Part shown: one piece after another, positions 17,665 through 27,104 of the stretch
Layout of the letters: the number at the start of each line of letters is the position of its first letter
Position numbering within the stretch: the first letter of the stretch is position 1
Assembly: GCA_016935095.1 (NCBI GenBank)
Contig: JAFGRO010000002.1
Coordinates: 3,306 to 67,305, forward strand
Length of the DNA: 64,000 nucleotides
From: Candidatus Woesearchaeota archaeon
Lineage (GTDB): Archaea > Nanobdellota > Nanobdellia > Woesearchaeales > GW2011-AR15
Direction of reading: 5' to 3'
Notes under the pieces: model-generated
Database searches by the model: none
Seen by the model: the letters and a program-made list of their open reading frames with translations, nothing else
Told to the model about the DNA's origin: nothing
Translations under genes and position numbers: made by a program

Positions 17665-18687
17665 ATGATTAATTTAATTAAACAAAAATTTCAGTCTTTT
17701 GCAAATAATAACCTGTTATTCAAAAAAACCCTTTTCTTTTTAATAAATACCTTCCCTTTTGATAAAGTTTACGATTTTTTGTATAAAAATCAGATTAAAA
17801 AAATAGCTACAAAAATAAAAATTCCAGGTTATATCCTTATTGAGCCGTACAATGTCTGCAATGCCCGCTGCACAATTTGTCCTTATAAAAAAATGACCAG
17901 GAAAAAACAGCTCATGCAGATGAAATTGTTCAAAAAAATCATTGATGACTGTAAAAATAACAATATTAAGACAATTGATTTAACGTTTTATAATGAGGCT
18001 TTTTTAGACCCGCTTCTGTTTGAGAGGATAAAGTATGTTAAAGACAACAATCTGAGGATTTATCTTTTTTCAAATGGTTCTGTTTTAAATAAACAAAATA
18101 TTGACAGAATTCTTGAGATGGAAGTAGATGATATCAGTTTCAGCCTTGATGGTGCAGCTAAAAAAACATATGAAAAAATCAGAAAAGGCCTGAATTATGA
18201 TACAGTTAAGGAGAATATTCTGAATTTAATAAAAGAAAGAGATAAGAGGAAACTCAAGAAACCAAGAATCGAGCTGAATTATGTAATCACAAATGAGAAT
18301 TTAGCTGAAATTGAAAAATTTAAGGGACAATGGAAAAATCTTGCTGATAATATAAGGTTTAGTGTTGTTGACACCCGGGAACAGGAAAACAAGCTTCCGA
18401 AAAAATATAAAGTAAAAAAATCAAAAAAGCCATGGCCATGCACGAGAATCTGGGAAGCAATGCAGGTAATGAGCAATGGAAAAGTAGTGATGTGCTGTGT
18501 TGATTATGATGGTGAAGTTATTGTAGGTGATTTAAATAAACAGACCATTAAGGAAATATGGGACAGTGATAAATTTAAAAGATTAAGATTGCTGCATTTA
18601 AAAAATAAAGCAGATAAAATCCCCCTATGCAGGAAATGTTCCTGGCTTTACAGGCACAACAGGGTTAACTGGTGGTTTTTTAATTAA
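17665..18687 (+). CDS. Radical SAM protein with C-terminal SPASM/twitch-type auxiliary Cys cluster
   Basis: CNARCTICPY (CxxxCxxC) near the N-terminus. C-terminal cysteines WPCTRIW...MCCVDYDG...CRKCSW fit a SPASM auxiliary 4Fe-4S domain. Confidence 0.8.
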   Translation: MINLIKQKFQSFANNNLLFKKTLFFLINTFPFDKVYDFLYKNQIKKIATKIKIPGYILIEPYNVCNARCTICPYKKMTRKKQLMQMKLFKKIIDDCKNNNIKTIDLTFYNEAFLDPLLFERIKYVKDNNLRIYLFSNGSVLNKQNIDRILEMEVDDISFSLDGAAKKTYEKIRKGLNYDTVKENILNLIKERDKRKLKKPRIELNYVITNENLAEIEKFKGQWKNLADNIRFSVVDTREQENKLPKKYKVKKSKKPWPCTRIWEAMQVMSNGKVVMCCVDYDGEVIVGDLNKQTIKEIWDSDKFKRLRLLHLKNKADKIPLCRKCSWLYRHNRVNWWFFN

Positions 18688-20542
18688 ATTTTTTATAGTT
18701 CTCTTTTTTAATATAAATCTTATACCACAATCCGAAACTCAATAATGTGTTTAACTGATAGCGGTAGTCTTCTCTCTTATTCAGATGCTCATTAAATAAT
18801 TTGCTGACTGATTTTAAATTTAATAATGGTTTTAATTCCCTGTCAAAAATAATCTCTTCTGTGAATTCTCTTAATTCTTTTCTGAACCATTCGCCTGTAG
18901 GAAGATTAAACCCGTGTTTTTTCCTGTAAATAATCTCTTTAGGCAGTCTGTCTTTCATTGCAAGCTTTAAAATATGCTTTGTTTCAAAGCCGTTTACCTT
19001 GTGTTTAACAGGAATACCGGCTGCCAGTTCTGTAATATTATGATCAAGAAAAGGGACTCTGGCTTCGAGGGAATTCATCATGCTCATCTTGTCAACCTTA
19101 AACAGGGCATCATCAGGCAGCCATGTTTTTATCTCTGTATAGAGATTTTTATTCAGTTCAGCGTAGTTTTTGATTTTGGGATTATATCTGTCTAAAATAT
19201 TTTTTTCAGAACCAATATAATCTTTTAATTTATATGAATAAATCTTTTTTTTTAAGTCATTATCAATAAACATATTCCAGGAAAGGCTTCTTAAAGCATC
19301 ATTGTTAATAGAGTAATTCTTCAGGGCTCTTAATTCATTACCTGTTTTGTTTAGAAAATTCTTACTTAAATTTAGAATTGAATTTTTAATAACTCCGGGC
19401 AGTTTGCTATAAAATCTTCCATGATGCTGGAATAAAGCCTGCCTATACCCTATAAAGGATTCATCACCACCATCACCTGATAGTGCAACCGTAACTTTTT
19501 TTCTTGCAAACTCGCTGACCATGTGCGTTGGAATACATGCAAAATCCCCAAAAGGCTCATCCAGATGCCATGTGATTTTTGGCAATAGCTCCCTGATATG
19601 ATTGAAATCCATAATAATTTCATGATGATCAGTTTCATATCTCTCAGAAATTTTCCTTGCAAAAGGCAATTCATTATAAGAAGCTTCTTCAAAACCAACT
19701 GAAAATGTTTGTACAGGCTCTTGAGAAAATTTAGACATTGTGGCAACAACCGCACTTGAATCAATTCCCCCGCTTAAAAAAGCTCCTATCGGCACATCAG
19801 AAATTAATCTTCGCTTCACAGATAAATCCAGTTCATGCTGAATCTTTTTTACAAAATAGTCTTTTGATTTTTTTAGTGGGTTATAGTTTAAATCATACCA
19901 TTGTTTTATTATTAATTTATTATTTTTTAGTTTTAGAAAATGGCCAGGCTGGAGCTTGTAAATGTTTTTAAACAGGGTCTTTGGCCCCAGAGAGAATTTG
20001 TATGTAAAATAATTATTTAATGCTTCTAAATCAATTTCCCTATTGATACCTGTTTCAAGAATAGCCTTGATCTCAGATGCAAATATGAATTTAGTTTTGT
20101 CCCAATAATAATATAATGGTTTTATACCATACCTGTCCCTTGCAATAAACAATTCTTTTTTGTCATCATCCCATATAGCAATTGCAAACATGCCGTTTAA
20201 TAAATCAAGGCACTTTTCCTGTAGCTCTTCATATAGATGAAGAATCACTTCTGTATCTGTTCTAGAAATGAACTTATGCTTTTTTTTAAGTGCAGCTTTC
20301 AGTTCATTATAGTTGTATGTTTCACCATTATAATTTATCCATAGATTACCTTCTTCATTGCACATCGGCTGGTTGCCTTTAACAGAAGTATCAATTATAG
20401 CGAGTCTTCTCTGTCCAAAAGAAACACCTTTTGATGTATAATAGCCTGCAGCATCAGGCCCGCGGTGCTTTAAAATATTTGTGCATTTTCTGATTAATTT
20501 TTGATCTTCCCAGTTAAAGCCGATAATGCCGCACATAATCAT
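18680..20542 (-). CDS. Asparagine synthetase B-family glutamine-dependent amidotransferase (AsnB/WbpS-like)
   Basis: N-terminal MCGIIGF carries the Ntn catalytic Cys2. PP-loop SGGIDSS. Length 620 aa. Confidence 0.9.
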   Translation of the reverse strand: MIMCGIIGFNWEDQKLIRKCTNILKHRGPDAAGYYTSKGVSFGQRRLAIIDTSVKGNQPMCNEEGNLWINYNGETYNYNELKAALKKKHKFISRTDTEVILHLYEELQEKCLDLLNGMFAIAIWDDDKKELFIARDRYGIKPLYYYWDKTKFIFASEIKAILETGINREIDLEALNNYFTYKFSLGPKTLFKNIYKLQPGHFLKLKNNKLIIKQWYDLNYNPLKKSKDYFVKKIQHELDLSVKRRLISDVPIGAFLSGGIDSSAVVATMSKFSQEPVQTFSVGFEEASYNELPFARKISERYETDHHEIIMDFNHIRELLPKITWHLDEPFGDFACIPTHMVSEFARKKVTVALSGDGGDESFIGYRQALFQHHGRFYSKLPGVIKNSILNLSKNFLNKTGNELRALKNYSINNDALRSLSWNMFIDNDLKKKIYSYKLKDYIGSEKNILDRYNPKIKNYAELNKNLYTEIKTWLPDDALFKVDKMSMMNSLEARVPFLDHNITELAAGIPVKHKVNGFETKHILKLAMKDRLPKEIIYRKKHGFNLPTGEWFRKELREFTEEIIFDRELKPLLNLKSVSKLFNEHLNKREDYRYQLNTLLSFGLWYKIYIKKENYKKFN

Positions 20543-20620
20543 ATAAAAAATGAGATTGTTTAATAAGATTTTGAATTATAAACGATAAATTTATTAAGAT
20601 TTTAAAAAACAGAAAATTAG

Positions 20621-21685
20621 ATGAAAAAGAAACTATTGAAATATCTTGTTTGTCCTCTCTGCAAAGAAAAACTTTCTTTGACTATTTTTAAGAAAAAGTC
20701 AGAGATTCAGGACGGACTTCTAACTTGTGCAAACCAGCACTGGTATCCAGTAATCAACGGAATCCCGAGAATATTAAATGATTCTCTTAAAGAGCAGATA
20801 TTGTTTTCAAAAAACATGGACTTTTTTAATAAATATAAATCAAGAATTCCCGGAATCTCCAAAACAAAAGAAAACTTCCTGAGGGATAAATCAGAAACAG
20901 CAAAGATTTTCGGATATGAATGGAAAGAATTTCCAGAGCTTCATAAAATCTATGAATCTCAATTTAAAGAATGGCTTTATCCTATAAAAAAAGGATTCTT
21001 CAGGGGAAAATTTATCCTTGATGCTGGATGCGGCACTGGAAGGCATATTTACTATTCCAGGAAGTATGGCGCTAAGGAAATAATAGGTATAGATTTAAGT
21101 GAAGCTGTTGAAGTTGCATATATTAACAACAAAAAAAATAATGTCCATATTATCCAGGCAGATATTTATAATCTCCCTTTTAAAAAAGACATATTTGACT
21201 TTATTTATTCAATAGGTGTACTGCACCATCTTCCGGATCCAAAAAAAGGGTTTTTAAGTTTGTTGAAATTCGGTAAAAAAGGAAGTACAATTGCTATATG
21301 GGTTTACGGGCAACCCACAAAACTATTGAAATATATAATTGACCCGTTGCGAAAACATGTTATTACCAAGCTGCCTACACCCATGATAAAAACACTTGCT
21401 TTTTTTAATACACTTATTGTGTTTTCACTTGCGAAATTCATTTACATGCCATTAAATAAATTAACAGATAAGGCTAAATATTTGCCATTGAATTTTACAT
21501 TCAATTATTTTTCAAAATTCAATTTCAGGATTATTTTTTCAATGATGTATGATATAATTTCACCTCCTCACCAGGTATACCTGAAAAAAGAAGATATTAA
21601 TGACTGGTTCCATAGAACGGAATTAGAAAAAGTTAAGATTTCCAGAATGAAACACAGCTGGGGAGCAAACGGAATAATAAAATGA
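20621..21685 (+). CDS. SAM-dependent methyltransferase with N-terminal Trm112-like zinc-ribbon
   Basis: LLKYLVCPLCKEKLS...LTCANQHWYPVINGIPRIL gives a Trm112-type ribbon. The later ILDAGCGTGRH is class I methyltransferase motif I. Confidence 0.75.
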   Translation: MKKKLLKYLVCPLCKEKLSLTIFKKKSEIQDGLLTCANQHWYPVINGIPRILNDSLKEQILFSKNMDFFNKYKSRIPGISKTKENFLRDKSETAKIFGYEWKEFPELHKIYESQFKEWLYPIKKGFFRGKFILDAGCGTGRHIYYSRKYGAKEIIGIDLSEAVEVAYINNKKNNVHIIQADIYNLPFKKDIFDFIYSIGVLHHLPDPKKGFLSLLKFGKKGSTIAIWVYGQPTKLLKYIIDPLRKHVITKLPTPMIKTLAFFNTLIVFSLAKFIYMPLNKLTDKAKYLPLNFTFNYFSKFNFRIIFSMMYDIISPPHQVYLKKEDINDWFHRTELEKVKISRMKHSWGANGIIK

Positions 21686-22578
21686 AAGTTTCAGCAGTTG
21701 TATGTCCGCTAAACCAGGAAAAATTCATTAAAAGATGCATAGATTCAATACTGCCGCAGGTAGATGAAGTAATAGTAGTTGATGCAAGTTCAGATGACAG
21801 GACCCTTGAAATAATAGATAAGAGATATAAAAAAAACAGTAACATTTCAGTTTATATAATCCCAAGAAAAGAGCCTCTTGCATATGCAAGGAATTACGGC
21901 GCCAAGAGGGCAAAGCACGAACTTATTTTATTTGCGGACAGCGACATTATCCTGAATAAAAACTGGATAAATATAGCAAAAAAAACATTAATTAAAGAGA
22001 ATCTTGCAAGTGTTGGCGGCAGGACAAGGGTTGAAGGCAATACATTTAATAAAAGATTTTTAAGGATTCTTAGGGATAAAGAAACATTTGACAGCTGTCC
22101 TTATCCGAGCAGGGTTATATTGATGAGGAAAGGTATATTTAATGAACTTAACGGATTTAATGTGAAGAACAAAATGGGTGAGGACGAAGAGCTCTATAAA
22201 AGAGTCCTGAAAAAAGGGTATAAATCAAGGAATATATTGACAATCTATGAGACACATCTTGGAGAGCCTGATTCTTTTTCAAGGGTTTTGAAAAGGCAGG
22301 CAAAATACGGCAGGTTCTCTTATCTTGAAAGAAACCCGGCATATAGTCTTTCAAATATACTTTTATCATTGCTGATGATATCTCCTCTAAGCATATTATA
22401 TTCACTAAGGCTTTATTATTATATCTTTAAAAATAAGCTAGAGGGAACAAAGAATATTTTATTTCTCTTTATACTGCCTTTAATGAGCTATTTATTTTAT
22501 GCTGTTTATTTTTATAATAATCTGGTTGCCATGATAACAAAAAACAGGAATGTGAAATGGCATGAGCTGAAGTGGTAG
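21682..22578 (+). CDS. Family 2 glycosyltransferase (GT-A) with C-terminal membrane helices
   Basis: VVCPLNQEKFIKRCIDSILPQ...VIVVDASSDD...DSD resemble GT2 DxD-type motifs. Hydrophobic C-terminus. 4-nt overlap with the upstream methyltransferase. Confidence 0.8.
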   Translation: MKVSAVVCPLNQEKFIKRCIDSILPQVDEVIVVDASSDDRTLEIIDKRYKKNSNISVYIIPRKEPLAYARNYGAKRAKHELILFADSDIILNKNWINIAKKTLIKENLASVGGRTRVEGNTFNKRFLRILRDKETFDSCPYPSRVILMRKGIFNELNGFNVKNKMGEDEELYKRVLKKGYKSRNILTIYETHLGEPDSFSRVLKRQAKYGRFSYLERNPAYSLSNILLSLLMISPLSILYSLRLYYYIFKNKLEGTKNILFLFILPLMSYLFYAVYFYNNLVAMITKNRNVKWHELKW

Positions 22579-22652
22579 CTACTTGAAATAGATAAAAAGA
22601 ATAGGAAATAGAAAATTTAATAAATGAAATATCTTTATTTGGAAAGATTAAA

Positions 22653-23381
22653 ATGAATGATCTTTTTATCAATGAGGTTATTACAAAAAATAAATTTATT
22701 AATTATATAAATAAAATTGATGGTTTGATATCCGATATAGAGGCTGAGTTACTATTTTCTCTTGCAAAAAAGTGTAAAAACAAGGGCGTTATTGTTGAAA
22801 TAGGCTCATGGAAAGGCAAATCTACAGTATGTTTGGCGCTGGGTTCAAAAAAAGGTTCAAAAAACAAAATTTATGCTGTTGATCCACATATAATAGAAGG
22901 ATTTAATTCAACATATAATGAATTCATTACAAACATTAAGAAAGCAAAAGTAGAGGATGTAGTAATTCCTCTTGTAAAAACATCAAAAGAAGCATCAAAA
23001 AATTTCAAAGAAAAAATTGAACTGATTTTTATTGATGGAGATCATTCTTATCAAGGGGTAAGAGAGGATTTTGAACTATGGTTTCCAAAGGTTATTGATG
23101 GAGGTATTGTAGTATTTCATGATACAATTGGGCATAAAGGTCCAAAAAAATTAGTTGAAAAGGCATTGTATAAGTCAAGATTCTTTAAAAATGTACAGTT
23201 TGTAGGAAGTATCTCTTTTGGTCAAAAAGTTAAAAAAAATTCAATTATTGATAAGATAAGAAACAGATATGTTCTCTTATTAAAAGAGCTATATGAACAA
23301 ACAGGGAACTTATGTGTAAAATTAAAAGTTCCAAAGTCAATTTATTTAATTGGAAGAAAGATTGTGAAGATATTTCAATAA
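22653..23381 (+). CDS. Class I SAM-dependent methyltransferase (TylF/CmcI/O-methyltransferase family 3-like)
   Basis: GVIVEIGSWKGKSTVCLA is motif I. IFIDGDHSYQGVREDF is typical of the CmcI/MycF-type sugar O-methyltransferase fold. Confidence 0.7.
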   Translation: MNDLFINEVITKNKFINYINKIDGLISDIEAELLFSLAKKCKNKGVIVEIGSWKGKSTVCLALGSKKGSKNKIYAVDPHIIEGFNSTYNEFITNIKKAKVEDVVIPLVKTSKEASKNFKEKIELIFIDGDHSYQGVREDFELWFPKVIDGGIVVFHDTIGHKGPKKLVEKALYKSRFFKNVQFVGSISFGQKVKKNSIIDKIRNRYVLLLKELYEQTGNLCVKLKVPKSIYLIGRKIVKIFQ

Positions 23382-23416
23382 ATATCTAAATTTATAAAAT
23401 TTAGTAAACTCTCTTT

Positions 23417-24067
23417 TTATCTTTTTTTAAACTCTTCCCAGTTGTCCAGAAATTCCTGGATTGTGCTCTCTGTTCTCGGGTTCCAGGGCAGTTTCATTAA
23501 AATAGGAGTTGGTATTGTTAGAATATGAGCTCCGCTAAGCATTGCCCTGTTTATATGCGAAACCTGCCTGAAGCTTCCCAAGATGATTTCTGATTTGATT
23601 TTATGCCTTTCAAAAATCTCAACAGTTTCACAAACAATTTGTTCGGCATTATAGCCCATATCCTCTATCCTTGCCCAGAATAAGCTCACGAATGTGGCAC
23701 CTGCTTTTGCCGCTAAAACCGCCTGCTTTGTACACATGCATGCAGTAACATTGGTTTTTATGCCTTCTTTATTAAGTATGTTCACTGCTTTGAGGCCTGT
23801 AATCCCCATTGGAATTTTTACATTAACGTTATTACCCCATTTTGCAAATTTCCTGGACTGTCTAATCATTTCATCTAAATCATTTGAAGTAACCTCAATG
23901 CTTATCGGTCCTTTCACAATCTCAATAATCTCTTTCATTCTGGTTTCAAAATCAATGCCTTTTTCTTTTGATACAATGCTGGGATTAGTTGTACAGCCGT
24001 CAATAATACCCCAGCTTAAAAGTTCTTTTAATTCATCCAGATTTGCAGTGTCTGCAAATATTTTCAT
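23417..24067 (-). CDS. tal: Transaldolase / fructose-6-phosphate aldolase family (short archaeal-type Tal/FSA)
   Basis: MKIFADTANLDELKEL..GIIDGCTTNPSIV is the Tal/FSA N-terminal signature. 216 aa. Confidence 0.85.
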   Translation of the reverse strand: MKIFADTANLDELKELLSWGIIDGCTTNPSIVSKEKGIDFETRMKEIIEIVKGPISIEVTSNDLDEMIRQSRKFAKWGNNVNVKIPMGITGLKAVNILNKEGIKTNVTACMCTKQAVLAAKAGATFVSLFWARIEDMGYNAEQIVCETVEIFERHKIKSEIILGSFRQVSHINRAMLSGAHILTIPTPILMKLPWNPRTESTIQEFLDNWEEFKKR

Positions 24068-24131
24068 TTTAAATCACCCTTTTTATTATATATATTTAAA
24101 ATGAAAACTACGAACATGAGTGAGTTTGTTT

Positions 24132-24692
24132 TCATTTTTTTCCCTCCAGCTTTTTAATGATAGTTACAGCATCTTTAAGATTTTTTGCAAAATAATCAGG
24201 GTTAATCTTTTTTTCATGCATTATTTTACACAGGGCGCATTTTAATTCGGATAACATAATTGTGGTTTTGCATACTTTTCCAGCTTCAATATCTGACAAT
24301 AAATCTCCTATCATATATGATTCTTTTAAATCAATGTTGTGTTCTTTAGCAGCTCTCAGCAGCATTCCTGATTTTGGTTTTCTGCATTCACATTCTCCAG
24401 TATATTTCGGATGATGAATGCAATTGTAAATAAAATTGATTCCAAGCTCGCTTTTCATATATTCATCAATTTTTTCTAAATCCTGTTTTTTAATATAGCC
24501 AAATGCAACCCCCGGCTGGTTTGAGACTACAATTATTTTGAATCCTACTCTTTTAATTTCAGCAATTGCTTCTTTTACATCCTGCAGGATTATAAACTCA
24601 TCAAGGTTTTTTGCACTGTATATTCCTTTGTCATCATGATACATCAATTTATTAATTACACCGTCCCTGTCCAGAAAAACAGCTTTATTCAT
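24132..24692 (-). CDS. gmhB: HAD-superfamily D,D-heptose 1,7-bisphosphate phosphatase (GmhB-like)
   Basis: VFLDRDGVIN is HAD motif I of the HisB/GmhB subfamily. Cys-rich insert (CECRKP). 4-nt overlap with upstream gmhA. Confidence 0.75.
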   Translation of the reverse strand: MNKAVFLDRDGVINKLMYHDDKGIYSAKNLDEFIILQDVKEAIAEIKRVGFKIIVVSNQPGVAFGYIKKQDLEKIDEYMKSELGINFIYNCIHHPKYTGECECRKPKSGMLLRAAKEHNIDLKESYMIGDLLSDIEAGKVCKTTIMLSELKCALCKIMHEKKINPDYFAKNLKDAVTIIKKLEGKK

Positions 24693-25290
24693 TGTAATTT
24701 TGTATGAGTTCTTTTAACCTGAAAATTATTAAGTGTTGCAATACAACATGGAATGCCTCAACATGAGGTGTTGCATTAAACGGCACAACAACACATGCAT
24801 CGCAGATCTGTTTCATAGCACCGCCGTCAAACCCTGAAAACCCTATTGTTGTGCCTTTATTATCAATTACATACTGGTAAGCTTTTGTCAGGTTTTGGGA
24901 CCAATTGCCTGCGTTTCCTTTTCCAGAGCCTCCGTGAACACTAAATCCTATGAGTATATCTCCTTTTTCAAACAGGTTTTCTAATTGGCCAAGATACAGG
25001 TTTTCCCATCCCTCATCATTAACCCATGCGCTCATCAAAGGAATATTATCATTAAGACAGATTGCTTTGAACCTTTTCCTGCCTTTAGTCATTGTTGTTT
25101 TTGCAAGGTCAGCAGTGAAATGCGTTGCAGTGGAGGCTGATCCGCCGTTTCCCATTAGAAAAATCTGTTTTCCCTGTTTCCATGCATTGAACAGTAGTTC
25201 AATTACTTTGTTTATATCTTCTTTATTAACTTCATCTATGATTGTTTTACATTCTTTGAAAAAAGTATTTATGTATTCTTTGTGCACCAT
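24685..25290 (-). CDS. gmhA: Phosphoheptose (sedoheptulose-7-phosphate) isomerase, SIS domain (GmhA)
   Basis: QIFLMGNGGSASTATHFTADLAK is the canonical GmhA SIS-domain motif. Confidence 0.85.
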   Translation of the reverse strand: MVHKEYINTFFKECKTIIDEVNKEDINKVIELLFNAWKQGKQIFLMGNGGSASTATHFTADLAKTTMTKGRKRFKAICLNDNIPLMSAWVNDEGWENLYLGQLENLFEKGDILIGFSVHGGSGKGNAGNWSQNLTKAYQYVIDNKGTTIGFSGFDGGAMKQICDACVVVPFNATPHVEAFHVVLQHLIIFRLKELIQNYNE

Positions 25291-25301
25291 TTTTTTCAGC
25301 C

Positions 25302-26288
25302 TTACCTTGAATTGAATATTATCTTTGTGCCGTCAAAGTCAAATCTAAACGGCATTTCAATTAGATCTTTGCTTATCATAAACTCCCTAAATTTTTTTTG
25401 ATGCTGGTTTTCAACATAAAACATAAAAAAACCACCGCCTCCTGCGCCAATAATTTTACCTCCGATAGCTCCGTTTTTTAGTGCTGAGTTATACCACTCA
25501 TCTATTTCAGGGGTTGTCATTTTATTTGTAAATGTTTTTTTAGTATCCCAGTGAATCTTAAGCCATTCCCCAAATCTTCTTGGATTATCTTTTTCAAGTG
25601 CTTTTTTGATTTCATAGCCAATCTCTTTTGTCCTTGTTAAGTATTGCATTTTTTGTTCATCTTTTTCAGCTTCACTTTTTTGTTCTGATAAAACTTCACT
25701 TGCACTTCTTGTTATTCCTGTATAAAACAAAAGAATATTGTTTTCAAGCTCTCTTATTGTATCAAAGCTTAGATTCAAAGGAGTAACCAGCACATTCCCT
25801 TTTTGGTTGATGTTCAGGTTAATGATCCCTCCAAAAGCAGCAGCATACTGGTCTTGTTTGCCGACTGGCTCTTTAAGAACATCCATTTCAAGGTAGCATG
25901 CTTCCTCTGCGAGAGTCTTTTTTGAGACATATTCTCCTTTATATACATGAAGTGCATGAAGCAACCCGACTGTAAATGAACTTGAGCTTCCGAGACCTGC
26001 TTTTGAACTAACATCTCCAATAGAAGTAATTTCAAGATTATCATGTATCTTTAAAAATTTCAGTGCCTCTTTAACAATAGGGTGTTCTATTTCATTATTA
26101 TTATTAACAATTTCAGTCTTTGAATAACTGACACGGGTCCCTTTATGGAATCTTTTGTTAACAGAGATATACATGTATTTATCAATTGCAGCGGTTACTA
26201 AAGAGCCTTTATGTTTCTTGTAATAAAAAGGCAAATCAGTTCCCCCGCCTCCAATAGAAATCCTAAACGGTGTTTTTGATATAATCAT
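25302..26288 (-). CDS. hddA: GHMP-family sugar kinase, D-glycero-alpha-D-manno-heptose-7-phosphate kinase-like (HddA)
   Basis: GHMP ATP-binding loop (PVGKQDQ..., GLGSSSS). Glycine-rich ISIGGGGTD. Position within the gmh/hdd operon. Confidence 0.8.
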   Translation of the reverse strand: MIISKTPFRISIGGGGTDLPFYYKKHKGSLVTAAIDKYMYISVNKRFHKGTRVSYSKTEIVNNNNEIEHPIVKEALKFLKIHDNLEITSIGDVSSKAGLGSSSSFTVGLLHALHVYKGEYVSKKTLAEEACYLEMDVLKEPVGKQDQYAAAFGGIINLNINQKGNVLVTPLNLSFDTIRELENNILLFYTGITRSASEVLSEQKSEAEKDEQKMQYLTRTKEIGYEIKKALEKDNPRRFGEWLKIHWDTKKTFTNKMTTPEIDEWYNSALKNGAIGGKIIGAGGGGFFMFYVENQHQKKFREFMISKDLIEMPFRFDFDGTKIIFNSR

Positions 26289-26362
26289 CCCAAGATATAA
26301 ACAAAAATAACCGCTATATAAAGCTTTCGCCGAAAAATTTATAAAGAGAAAATCTCATAAAT

Positions 26363-27103
26363 CTAATTTGTATTTAATCCTGAGTGTTTTATCTCTTCCT
26401 CAAACTCTTTTATCCTTTCTATCTTGCCAAGCTCTTTCCAGAATCCTTTTACAGGGAAACCCATTAGTTTTTTGTTTTGTTTTAGCAACAAAGGGAATAG
26501 ATCATATGCAAAATCAAATTTCCTGTTTTCAGGAATATAATCTAAAACATCTTTATTAATAACATATATCCCGGAATTAACCCAGTTTTTTTTTCCCTGT
26601 TTTAGAAAACCCTCTAAAAATTCTGGAGAGGGCCTTTCAATAAATTCAATAATCTGAAAATCAGGCTTTACATTAATTAAACTTGAGCCAATTTTGTCTT
26701 TTATTCTCATTAAAATTGTTGCTGCTGAATTATTTGCATTATGAAACTCAAGCATATCCTTAAAAGTTAAATCGGATATAATGTCTCCGTATAAAACTCC
26801 GAAAGTATCTTCAATCAAATCAGGATTAATATTTTTAACAGCACCTGCTGTCCCAAGTAATTCTTTTTCCTGGCTGTAAGTTAAATTAACACCAAGTTCT
26901 TTCCCTTCTTTAAAATAATCTTTGATTCTTTCTGATAAGTGGCCTACACATAAAATAATATCTGTAATGCCTTGTTTTTTCAATAACTGTAATTGATACC
27001 AAAGAAGCGGCTTTTCATTGACCTCAATCATTGATTTTGGCATCTTTTCTGTTAAAGGATGCATCCTTGTTGCCAGACCGCCGCAGATAATAACAACTTG
27101 CAT
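26363..27103 (-). CDS. hddC: Sugar-phosphate nucleotidyltransferase, D-glycero-alpha-D-manno-heptose-1-phosphate guanylyltransferase-like (HddC)
   Basis: MQVVIICGGLATRMHPLTEKMPKSMIEV is the NTP_transferase G-x-G-x-R signature. Operon context. Confidence 0.8.
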   Translation of the reverse strand: MQVVIICGGLATRMHPLTEKMPKSMIEVNEKPLLWYQLQLLKKQGITDIILCVGHLSERIKDYFKEGKELGVNLTYSQEKELLGTAGAVKNINPDLIEDTFGVLYGDIISDLTFKDMLEFHNANNSAATILMRIKDKIGSSLINVKPDFQIIEFIERPSPEFLEGFLKQGKKNWVNSGIYVINKDVLDYIPENRKFDFAYDLFPLLLKQNKKLMGFPVKGFWKELGKIERIKEFEEEIKHSGLNTN

Positions 27104-27104
27104 T

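Noticed and set aside
25814-26044. 76-aa same-strand nested ORF inside the GHMP kinase gene
   Set aside because: Alternative-frame ORF within a gene with clear GHMP motifs. No support.
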